Assembly (NCBI GenBank): GCA_048940925.1
Contig: JBHLOC010000024.1
Coordinates: 64,108-79,747, forward strand
Direction of reading: 5' to 3'
DNA from: Promethearchaeota archaeon
GTDB taxonomy: Archaea > Asgardarchaeota > Lokiarchaeia > Sigyniarchaeales > SOKP01
Length of the DNA: 15,640 nucleotides
The translations under genes were made by a program, and so were the position numbers. Of the stretch, positions 7,666 to 15,640 are shown one piece after another (position 1 is the first letter of the stretch; every line of letters starts with the position of its first letter). The notes under the pieces were generated by a model that made no database searches, was not told where the DNA came from, and saw only the letters and a program-made list of their open reading frames with translations.

Positions 7666-7884
7666 TTAAGATTTCATTTCTGACCTGATAACTTTTATAA
7701 GTTCTTGAAAAATACGTTTTCTTTTTTTTCTACATTCAATGCAAACATAAAACTCTTTATTTAATAAGGGGGGATCATCATCAAAATTTCCTATTGAGAA
7801 AGAACTTATAGAAGTACCAAATAATAGCTTATAACTTCTCAGTACTTTATTTTTTTTACTACAAATCTCACGTTCTCCTCTCAT
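7666..7884 (-). CDS. Small putative zinc-binding protein, possibly degenerate
   Basis: 72 aa with REIC near the N-terminus and VCIEC near the C-terminus. It is a stand-alone ORF with an ATG start. Confidence 0.5.
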   Translation of the reverse strand: MRGEREICSKKNKVLRSYKLLFGTSISSFSIGNFDDDPPLLNKEFYVCIECRKKRKRIFQELIKVIRSEMKS

Positions 7885-8060
7885 ATCAATTTACATAATT
7901 AAAAATAAAAAACAAATCCATTCTAATAGAATTATTAAAAATTAAAATTGTTCATTAAATTGAGACGAAAAATAAAATAATTTCACATCTTTTTTAGCTT
8001 ACCGATTTATCAATTTCAATTCAATTTAATAAAAGGACTTGTTTTAGTCTTAATCCTTAA

Positions 8061-8377
8061 GAATCAGGTATTTTTCTTTCCAATATTGCTGCTAAATCTC
8101 AACAATTAAAAACTCGAAAGGGAAAATTTATAACTAATAATGAACCATTATTTCAGTTATTTTTAAAACTATTTTCAAAGAAAGGGTCAAAAAGTATGCC
8201 AAAGAAGTGAGAACTAGATATAAAGAGAAACTAATTATAAATGAATTCAATTAAAAAACAGGAGGTATATTAGGGATTTCAGTCTTTATAAATTTAGCTC
8301 GAGAATCTTTATTTGGATTAATCACTATTTCCTTGATTTTATACAATTCTTCAAGATTATTTAAGAAAAAGATGTAG
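8061..8377 (+). pseudogene. Possible decayed 3' fragment of a C-terminally membrane-anchored protein
   Basis: Broken frames: ESGIFLSNIAAKSQQLKTRKGKFITNNEPLFQLF / FKERVKKYAKEVRTRYKEKLIINEFN*KTGGILGISVFINLARESLFGLITISLILYNSSRLFKKKM*. The end is a hydrophobic stretch followed by a basic tail. Confidence 0.3.
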
Positions 8378-8584
8378 GTAAAGTGGCTAAAAATGATTGA
8401 TTTAGATACAAATATCTTTATTTATTCTTATTTTAAATTATTTCACTTTTTATATTGATGATTTTAAATAAAGACTTTTAAAAAATTTAAATGTGAACTA
8501 GAATATTTATTTCTAAATCAATTAAAATTTTTGACAAAAAAATCATTTTTTCCAATAAAAAATTGAAATACTAAATTTCTTCTC

Positions 8585-9637
8585 ATGAAAGAAAAATTAA
8601 AATCCCAACTTATAAGCATACTACTAATATCTGGATTATTTTTTTCAGTTCTCTATTTTATTAGTTATCTTAAAATAGTAAAATTAAAGAATAGAGATGA
8701 AAAACTTTGTCATTTTCAAAATTATTATTATGTTGATATATATGATGTGAATATGCCTTTTGAATCATTATATAAGAGATCGTTGGAAGAAATTCTATTG
8801 AATGAGATTAACTTCCTATATGGTTCTTTAATTGAAAGATTTGAAAATGTCTATAACATAATATTTGCTTTTGGAACCTCAACATTTTTCATATTTCTCG
8901 AATTCAATAACAATTTCATATTATCCAAAAAATCAGAAGGATGTTTATTATATGAAATAGAAGGAGTACTATTAACAGAGGAAGAAATAAAAGTTTTTAG
9001 ACTGATCGAAGAACAACTAAAGCAGAATAGAATCTTTAACATAGAAAAAGCAATTACATATATTCAATCAAGGTACAATAAAATTAAGGGCAATTTAAAT
9101 TATAACGGAATAATGGAAGTCATCAATTCTCTGATTAAAAAGAAAATTATTGTTGAAGGCTCAAAATTAACGAGAAAAACTGTATTACTAAATTCGAATA
9201 GAAATGATATATATAATCTAATAAAACTCAACCCTGGTATCTATGTGAATAGATTAGCGAAAACGTTGAAGATAAGCTGTTTTGTAATAAAATGGCACAT
9301 ACATATGCTTCTTAAATTTAACTTAATCAGGCAAAGGAATTTAAACGGTCATATTTCTTATTATGACAATTTATTAACCCCGACTAATGACATCATCTTT
9401 CACATCATTTCAAAAGAAAAATGTGTTAGAATTATTGAGCTTTTAAAGTCAAATAATAATGGTGTTACAAAATATCAAATCTCTAAGCAGTTACGCATGC
9501 ATTATAATACAATCGTAAAATATTTAGATAACCTTGATGCATTTAATTTGTTGATTAGAAAAGAAAATAATAATAGAGAGTACTTCTTTCTAAATACTAT
9601 GAATTTTGAAAATCTAATACTTAAAGGAGAAAACTAA
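8585..9637 (+). CDS. Membrane-anchored multi-winged-helix transcriptional regulator (ArsR/COG3398-like tandem wHTH)
   Basis: N-terminal hydrophobic helix LISILLISGLFFSVLYFISYL. wHTH units NRNDIYNLIKLNPGIYVNRLAKTL...WHIHMLLKFNLI and RIIELLK...GVTKYQISKQLRMHYNTIVKYLDNLDAFNLL. Confidence 0.85.
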   Translation: MKEKLKSQLISILLISGLFFSVLYFISYLKIVKLKNRDEKLCHFQNYYYVDIYDVNMPFESLYKRSLEEILLNEINFLYGSLIERFENVYNIIFAFGTSTFFIFLEFNNNFILSKKSEGCLLYEIEGVLLTEEEIKVFRLIEEQLKQNRIFNIEKAITYIQSRYNKIKGNLNYNGIMEVINSLIKKKIIVEGSKLTRKTVLLNSNRNDIYNLIKLNPGIYVNRLAKTLKISCFVIKWHIHMLLKFNLIRQRNLNGHISYYDNLLTPTNDIIFHIISKEKCVRIIELLKSNNNGVTKYQISKQLRMHYNTIVKYLDNLDAFNLLIRKENNNREYFFLNTMNFENLILKGEN

Positions 9638-9957
9638 AAGTTTAAATTTCCTTATCTTTTTTTAATTATTTTCTATTAATTTCCTTGCACTTTTCATATT
9701 GATGGGTTTAAATAAAGATATCTCTAAAAGTTTATTAGAGTTATTTACAATTTGATAAAACAAAGAAAACTTTAGGGCTTCTGATATTATTCTTCTATAT
9801 TCCCAAGATCAGGAATTTGCTAAATTAAATTGATCCTTGTATTTCTTTAGCTAAATTTTAATTAGAGAAGATCTGGACATTTATTTAAAGCTTAGTGATA
9901 AGTCGTTATATTATTTAAAAAGCAATATGATTTATCTTACTTCCCTGCTAAATTTAC

Positions 9958-10680
9958 TTATATTGATTTCTTTTTTTCCATACTATACCATACTATAATA
10001 AATGAGATGCATATTATGCTACTAAATAAAATAAACAATTCATAGCCAAGAACTTTATTGGAAGGCAGTTTATATGGACTATATTCGTTAGGAGCGACAT
10101 CAGCATAAACATACTTATCAGTTGAAGGATCACCACTCGTAGATATAGCATAAAAAGTAACATTATTAGGAATCTGCCAGGCCTGTATGGGTATTGTTCC
10201 ATTAATCGTATTATTTGAAATCGAGCCAATTGATTCTCCTTGAGATATGTTCCATGACCAATCTATGCCATTCCAAAATTGTTTAGTCTGTGAACCTTCA
10301 GCAAATTTAACAAAGAATACTTTCAAATTTTCATTTTGAGAGAAAGAAGAATAATTTGCATAAAAGATACCATATTCATATGAAATATTGTTAGGATCGT
10401 AATGTGAAAAGAAATAAATTGTACATGTCATTTCAGCACTCATTAATTTCGCCGCAAAACTTATTTTTGCAAATTGATCATCAAGTTTAATTGTAGTTAT
10501 GTCAATATCATCTTTAAAATCTCCCTGATCTTTTACTTTATAATTTTCAAAGCGATATATATCATCTACAGTGTCATATATCTCCTCTTTATTACCTTCT
10601 ACGGAGGGAATGTTATTAAATATGAAAAACATTGGAAGGATGAGTAATAAAATTGTCAAATGATAGTTTCTCTTAATCAT
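9958..10680 (-). CDS. Secreted/cell-surface protein with signal peptide and C-terminal sorting/anchor segment (Loki-CTERM/PGF-CTERM-like)
   Basis: Signal peptide MIKRNYHLTILLLILPMFFIFNNIPSVEG, a beta-rich acidic middle, and a tail VLGYELFILFSIICISFIIVWYSMEKKKSI (xGY motif, TM helix, basic residues). Confidence 0.8.
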   Translation of the reverse strand: MIKRNYHLTILLLILPMFFIFNNIPSVEGNKEEIYDTVDDIYRFENYKVKDQGDFKDDIDITTIKLDDQFAKISFAAKLMSAEMTCTIYFFSHYDPNNISYEYGIFYANYSSFSQNENLKVFFVKFAEGSQTKQFWNGIDWSWNISQGESIGSISNNTINGTIPIQAWQIPNNVTFYAISTSGDPSTDKYVYADVAPNEYSPYKLPSNKVLGYELFILFSSIICISFIIVWYSMEKKKSI

Positions 10681-11029
10681 ATTATAAAATTATTAGGTTT
10701 ATTTATGTGAATTTTTCTACAATTTAATCCATACTATATATAAGTGATACTATTTAGATATAAATATATAACACTACACAAATTGAAGCTATAATTATTT
10801 TTTCTATCTCTATAATATGGTTGTTATCTCAAAAGATCTACACATATTACATTTTATATATTGATGCTTTTTTATTTGATGATGAGTCTTCTTTTTATAT
10901 ACATTAAAATAACTTAATCAAAAAACTCAAACTAAATTAGATTATATAAAAATAATAGGTTTTAAAATGAAAAAAAAAAGAGTTTTTTCTTGACTAGTCT
11001 GAAAATTTTAAGAATTCAAATCTTTAGAT

Positions 11030-11578
11030 ATGATAAACATGGAAGCAAAGATTTTTAATGTAATATGTAAAATCGTGATATTGATTTTAGGAATTTTGGG
11101 TATTTTTTTAGGCTTTGAAAGGATAGAAATTTCAGGTGTTATTTCTAATCCACCAGTAAATTTTTATCATAATTTTTATTTTGGAGTGATTTATTTTCCC
11201 TCTCGTATTGTTGGTTCAGGGTATAGGATTTGGTATAATCTTATTGTCTATATTATATTCATAATAATTTTTATTACTGGATTTTTTCTTAATTTTGGCT
11301 ACTTCAATAAACAAAAGATGACCAGAATAAGAAAAAACTTAGATCTAATTAGTGCTGTCTTGATGAGCATTGGTTTATTTGGGAGTCTTATTTCTCCTAT
11401 TTTAACTATGTTAATAATTGAAATACCCCCTACAATTATTACATCATTTTCTATTAATTTATCGTTCTTATCTGGTTTTTATATGGCGATAATTGTTATT
11501 ATTCTTGTTTTAGCAGAATTTATTATCTTAGAGAAGACAAATTTTTTTAAAAAAATAGAAAGAACTAATAAGAAGTAA
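11030..11578 (+). CDS. Hypothetical four-TM membrane protein
   Basis: Four hydrophobic segments, a roughly 35-40 aa loop after TM1, and a basic C-terminal tail. Confidence 0.8.
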   Translation: MINMEAKIFNVICKIVILILGILGIFLGFERIEISGVISNPPVNFYHNFYFGVIYFPSRIVGSGYRIWYNLIVYIIFIIIFITGFFLNFGYFNKQKMTRIRKNLDLISAVLMSIGLFGSLISPILTMLIIEIPPTIITSFSINLSFLSGFYMAIIVIILVLAEFIILEKTNFFKKIERTNKK

Positions 11579-11792
11579 AAAGTCTTAAAATTCATGAAAT
11601 TTATATAAATCCTAAATTTTCCTACTTTTAATACTATGTAGATGTGACAAAATCTTTAAATAGAATAATTGTTGAAACTATATAGTAGATTTTAAGATAG
11701 AACTTAAAGTGCCATTTTAATTATCGTCCTACGAATAGACAAATATTTCAAATTAAATGAATTTAGAATTAATCTTAATTACATAAGAAAAA

Positions 11793-13184
11793 ATGAAAAT
11801 TCTATTATTATATCCTCCTTTTCAAGTTGGAAAGGGAATGGGAAAAGTGATGTGTAGTCCTCCATTGTCACTATTAACTCTAGCTGGAACAGTTAAAGAT
11901 CTATTTCATGAAATAGAAATACTCGATTTAAATATAGATCATTCTTATGGAATTGAAAAAATAGAACAAAAGATAAAGCAATATGACATGGTTGGAATCA
12001 CTTGTATGACAAATACTTTTAAAGTAGTATTAAATATTTGTAAAATTGCTAAGAGAAATGGTGTTAAAACTCTATTGGGTGGATTTCATCCAACATTAAA
12101 ACCAGATATTATTGAAGAATTTAATTGTATTGATATGTTATGTAGGGGTGAAGGAGAAATTACCTTTAGAGAATTATTAGAAGGCAAACCGAAAAGTGAA
12201 ATTTTAGGGTTATCATATAGAGTTAACGGAGAAGTATTTCATAATCCAGATCGACCTTCTATTAAAAATTTGGATGAGTTATCCTATCCAAGTAATAAAC
12301 TTTTTCCTTCTGATGCTTATCATTATTTATGGATAAAAGCTTGGGTTGTTGAATCCAGTAGAGGATGTCCTTTTAACTGTAATTTTTGCTGTGTAACTAA
12401 ATTTCATAAAGGAAAATATAGAGTAAAATCTCCTCAAAGAGTAATTAATGAACTCTTTAATGTACCTCCAGATGTTAAACTAATATTTTTTGTAGATGAT
12501 AATTTTTCGCTAAATTCTAAGCGTATTCTTCGTATTTGTGAATTAATAAGAAAAAATAGGTTACATAAAAGATTTATGTTTGTTTGTCAGAGTCGAGTTG
12601 ACGATTTAGCAAATAACCCTAATATGGTTAAAGCGATGTCAGAAGCCGGATTTATATGTGTTTTTCTCGGTATCGAGTCAACAAAACAGATGAGTTTAGA
12701 TCAAATGAACAAGCGATATTCACTTGATAAACTACGTAAGTGCATTAATCTCTGTCATAAAAATGGAATAATTGTGTTTGGATCTTTTATAATTGGCAAT
12801 TTAGGAGAAAATTCAGCAGATACATGGGAGACTCTTCATATGATGAAAGAACTTGAAATAGACCTCATGATGACTAATCCAATAACACCATTTCCAAATA
12901 CTCCTCTATATGATGATGCTGTGGCTAATAATTGGATATCTAAGGATTTTAAATGGGAAAAATGGGATCTAACGCCTGTAATGAGTACACCTGATATGTC
13001 TAAAGTGGAAATACAAGATCTACTCGATGAGAGTTATAGATTCTTCTATAATGATATTGGTTATTTCTTATTTGGAAAACGATTATTAAGATTAATCTTT
13101 AATCCAAAATTTTGGTGGTTTGGTAAAGTTGCATTTTCTTTTCTAATCAATGGATTGACAAAATTCGTATTACAATTAGATTAA
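11793..13184 (+). CDS. B12-binding domain radical SAM protein (class B methyltransferase/BchE-like superfamily)
   Basis: N-terminal B12-binding domain (LLYPP, PPLSLLTLAG, VGIT, GGFHPT, GEGE). SSRGCPFNCNFC carries the CxxxCxxC motif. Also FVDDNF, FLGIES, FIIG and TPFPNTPLY. Confidence 0.95.
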   Translation: MKILLLYPPFQVGKGMGKVMCSPPLSLLTLAGTVKDLFHEIEILDLNIDHSYGIEKIEQKIKQYDMVGITCMTNTFKVVLNICKIAKRNGVKTLLGGFHPTLKPDIIEEFNCIDMLCRGEGEITFRELLEGKPKSEILGLSYRVNGEVFHNPDRPSIKNLDELSYPSNKLFPSDAYHYLWIKAWVVESSRGCPFNCNFCCVTKFHKGKYRVKSPQRVINELFNVPPDVKLIFFVDDNFSLNSKRILRICELIRKNRLHKRFMFVCQSRVDDLANNPNMVKAMSEAGFICVFLGIESTKQMSLDQMNKRYSLDKLRKCINLCHKNGIIVFGSFIIGNLGENSADTWETLHMMKELEIDLMMTNPITPFPNTPLYDDAVANNWISKDFKWEKWDLTPVMSTPDMSKVEIQDLLDESYRFFYNDIGYFLFGKRLLRLIFNPKFWWFGKVAFSFLINGLTKFVLQLD

Positions 13185-13251
13185 TATTAATTCATTATAT
13201 ATAGAGAAACATTTTTTTCAATCTTCTGAGATGTTATTAAATTTTTTCTTT
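13133..13251 (+). repeat. Direct repeat copy 1: last 16 codons of the radical SAM gene, its stop codon and 3' flank
   Basis: 13133-13225 aligns to 14199-14292 with about 9-10 differences over about 93 bp. Similarity resumes after an indel (13230-13251 vs 14339-14364). Confidence 0.9.
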
Positions 13252-14136
13252 ATTTATTTTTGCAATATTGCATGAAAAAAAAGTTCAAAAGTATCTTAGA
13301 TCTCTGAGAAAAATACCAATTCTTTTCAAGTAAAATAAATTAAGATTAACCAATCACCTTTTAATGGTTTCTTCTAAATTTTACTGCTCGAACATTTAAT
13401 TTCTCGAAAATTCCTGTTCTGTTAGTCAAGATTTTATTTATCATTATTTTTTTATACTTAAATTCTATTATATAGAAATTCCTTAAAAATTACCTCCAAT
13501 TCTGCTTTCAGGAATCCTCAAAAAAATTTAATTTTAATATTTTGCATTCCAAACTTGAGTTTTTGCGATATTATCTTGCCATTACCATGTTTATTGCCAA
13601 TAAACGATTAAAGCTTTATTTAATGTTATGGATTCATATTTTTATAAAAACAAATCAAATCAATAAAATTATCATCCAGAAAATTTCAATTAAGGCTGAT
13701 TCTTGATAAATTGGAACTAAAGAACCAGGAAAAAAGTCCGGTCCTAAAGGATCAGAATAATCCTCTTTTTAAATCTTTTTGAGCAAAAAAAAAGAATACA
13801 TTCATTAAAAACAAAGGGAATTAGTATCCATAAAAAAAGTATATTATCGTTAGAAATCACCCACATAAAACTCAAGTTAAGATCTATGCTATTTCTGCCT
13901 TGTCAAAGGATATATTTTACTTACATCCTCCTTGAAAAATTGAAGATTAACATCATATGGCGATCCCAAGAATTTATCTCCTTACGCATACAGGGAAACA
14001 CTTCAACAGAGTTATCTTCTTTTTTTAGATTAAAATCTTGTGAGCTTTGCTTTACTCCCTGCTGTATGATGATCTTCCCTTTTTTGGATTTTCTTTTTCC
14101 TTTATTTGACATTCTATATGGTTTAATTATTTTCAT
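13250..14136 (-). pseudogene. Heavily decayed gene of unknown function between the two direct repeats
   Basis: It starts with ORF 13921..14136 and continues in broken frames: DKFLGSPYDVNLQFFKEDVSKIYPLTRQK*, KEDYSDPLGPDFFPGSLVPIYQESALIEIF, LNKALIVYWQ*TW*WQDNIAKTQVWNAKY*N*IFLRIPESRIGGNF*GISI, INKILTNRTGIFEKLNVRAVKFRRNH*. The 3' boundary is approximate. Confidence 0.55.
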
Positions 14137-14198
14137 TAACTAAATTAACATCTAAATGTGAATTATTCTGAGATCATAATAATCATTGTAGTATTTAT

Positions 14199-14364
14199 AT
14201 TTTCCTTTTTAATCAATGGATTGACAAAAATCCTATTACAATTAGATTAATATCAATTCATTATAAATAGAGAGATATTTTTTTATAATCTTGATTCTCT
14301 ATAGATTGTAATTGAAGTCTTTAATTAAAAGCAGGAATGATGTTATTTATTAAATTTTTCTTTT
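14199..14364 (+). repeat. Direct repeat copy 2: orphan radical SAM 3' end (FSFLINGLTKILLQLD*)
   Basis: Offset 1066 bp from copy 1. It translates to a near-identical C-terminal peptide with the same TAA stop. Confidence 0.9.
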
Positions 14365-14644
14365 AATGAATTCTCCATTATATTATTCATCAGTTCGATT
14401 TCCTTATTAAATAATGATTAGAAATTACTTAAAGAATTAGAATTTTTACCAAGCAAAAGATATTGAATTAATATTGCGTCGGGAGAGAATGTAGGAGAGG
14501 CAGAATTTCTTTACCATAGGCAATTCATAATAATTTGGTTTCATTAAAACTCAAATCGTATTCAGTTAAACAGTAAATTTATAAATTAAAATTGCATCAA
14601 CTCCTTTGACAGAAAGAGATTAATTTTTTAAGAAAATAAAACTT

Positions 14645-14989
14645 ATGAGAAATTTTTCTGGATATTTATCAGATTCAGAACGTCTACATACAATAATCAA
14701 ATATTACTTATTAAATAATGCAAAATTAATTGAGAAGATAAAGAAAAAAATTGAGACAGAGAATGTTTCTAGATTTTTTAATTATTGTTTGAATTGCGAA
14801 AGAAAACTTGACCGAACAACTAGGAGGAATCATCATTTTCATGAAAATATTGAAATTTTTGAATTGAGGTTTTGTTGTTATTGTTATGAGCGATTTAAAG
14901 ATAAATCATTTGATGAATTCCCAACCACGATAATTGAAAACATTCATAAAAAAATAAAGGCATATAAGAAATATTATTCAAAAGAATAG
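14645..14989 (+). CDS. Small putative zinc-finger protein (CxxC...CCxC)
   Basis: 114 aa containing YCLNCERKL, NHHFHE and FCCYCYE. Confidence 0.75.
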   Translation: MRNFSGYLSDSERLHTIIKYYLLNNAKLIEKIKKKIETENVSRFFNYCLNCERKLDRTTRRNHHFHENIEIFELRFCCYCYERFKDKSFDEFPTTIIENIHKKIKAYKKYYSKE

Positions 14990-15029
14990 TTGGATTGGTA
15001 TAAATTGGAATTAAAAAGATATTAAAGAA

Positions 15030-15640
15030 TTATAAATCACTAAACAGTTCTTCCCATTTACCTTTATGGGCATACAATTCTGCTTCTCTTAGTATCTCAA
15101 GAAATTTATTTAATTCGCTACTCGAATACTCTTCTAATATAGAAAGTAGGTTATATATTCCATGATATAAAAGTCTCTTCTTATCTAAGAAGTAGATTAC
15201 TTGACTGAAGAAAGTTATTACAGCTCGATCCCAGCTACGAATCTCAATTTTATCAAATATAAACTCTACGAGGTGTTCAATTAAGTTTCCTTTTATAGGT
15301 TTGCCCCAATTGAAATTCCAGTATTTCATAAGAATTACTAGTTTTGTTATTCTTCCATTTTGCTTTCTATTTATTTTAGAATGTGTTTGTTCTTCTAATT
15401 TCGGTTTTATTTTTTTTGTTTCTCTAAGTCCATTAGGAATAATAAGATAGCCGTTAGGTAATTCAATTGCAGGAATACAGTTATAAAGGATTGAGATGCC
15501 CTGATAATCCATTCGAATAGGAATAACATGTCTATAAGGCGGTTCCTTTAATAGTTTCATATATTCTCTATAATTCAATTGATAAACTTTAAGATGAGAA
15601 TAAAGAAATTCGAAAAGTATGCTTCCAACTATATTATTTT
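15030..15640 (-). CDS. cGAS/DncV-like (CD-NTase/SMODS/OAS-related) nucleotidyltransferase, C-terminal part; 5' end lies outside the window
   Basis: The frame is open from the window edge (NNIVGSILFEFLYSHLKVYQLNYREY...). Motif order matches the family: HVIPIR strand, YNCIPAI (xDxxPA strand), GYLIIPNG, KIKPKLEE (TNP-like), INRKQNGRITKLVILMKYWN, KPIKGNLIEHLV, and terminal KWEELF. Confidence 0.7.
   Translation of the reverse strand, partial: NNIVGSILFEFLYSHLKVYQLNYREYMKLLKEPPYRHVIPIRMDYQGISILYNCIPAIELPNGYLIIPNGLRETKKIKPKLEEQTHSKINRKQNGRITKLVILMKYWNFNWGKPIKGNLIEHLVEFIFDKIEIRSWDRAVITFFSQVIYFLDKKRLLYHGIYNLLSILEEYSSSELNKFLEILREAELYAHKGKWEELFSDL

Noticed and set aside
9640-9955. Possible degraded coding remnants in this spacer and at about 14410-14545
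   Set aside because: Only short broken frames with no motif. Unsupported without a homology search.
8851-10229. ORFs 8851..9042 and 10014..10229
   Set aside because: Nested in well-supported genes (antisense and alternative frame respectively) and lacking motifs.
7617-13272. Perfect 12-bp palindromes GAATTGCAATTC (7617-7628) and TGCAATATTGCA (13261-13272)
   Set aside because: Isolated, and expected by chance in about 15 kb of very AT-rich DNA.
13250-13920. Stop-codon recoding as an explanation for the many in-frame TAA/TAG codons
   Set aside because: Frameshifts are also needed to join the segments, and neighbouring genes end normally in TAA/TAG. Ordinary decay is simpler.
13886-14143. 85-aa plus-strand ORF
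   Set aside because: Antisense to the decayed minus-strand gene, with no recognisable features.
1-15640. CRISPR array, tRNA/rRNA, IS element or integrase
   Set aside because: No regularly spaced repeats, GC-rich structured RNA segment, terminal inverted repeats or recombinase/transposase motifs were seen.

Overview
Very AT-rich window whose gene families suggest an Asgard archaeon (Lokiarchaeia/Promethearchaeota-like). This taxonomy is inferred from motifs, not from a search. The left half holds two tandem, convergent two-component cassettes. Each pairs a response regulator of unusual architecture (ETGKxAIWxG motif, ribbon-helix-helix, DHp/HisKA-like helix, C-terminal REC) with a cytoplasmic triple-PAS histidine kinase. 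Between the cassettes lies a collapsed locus that the ORF track mostly misses: a longin/uDENN-like fragment, a frameshifted and truncated Rag/Gtr-like small GTPase, and a divergent gene remnant. The right half has a membrane-anchored winged-helix regulator, a surface protein with a C-terminal anchor, a 4-TM protein and a B12-binding radical SAM enzyme. The 3' end of the radical SAM gene is duplicated 1066 bp downstream, around a decayed gene (att-like scar). Two small Cys-rich proteins are also present, and the C-terminal part of a cGAS/DncV-like (CD-NTase/SMODS-type) nucleotidyltransferase runs off the right edge. No rRNA, tRNA, CRISPR array, transposase or integrase was recognised.
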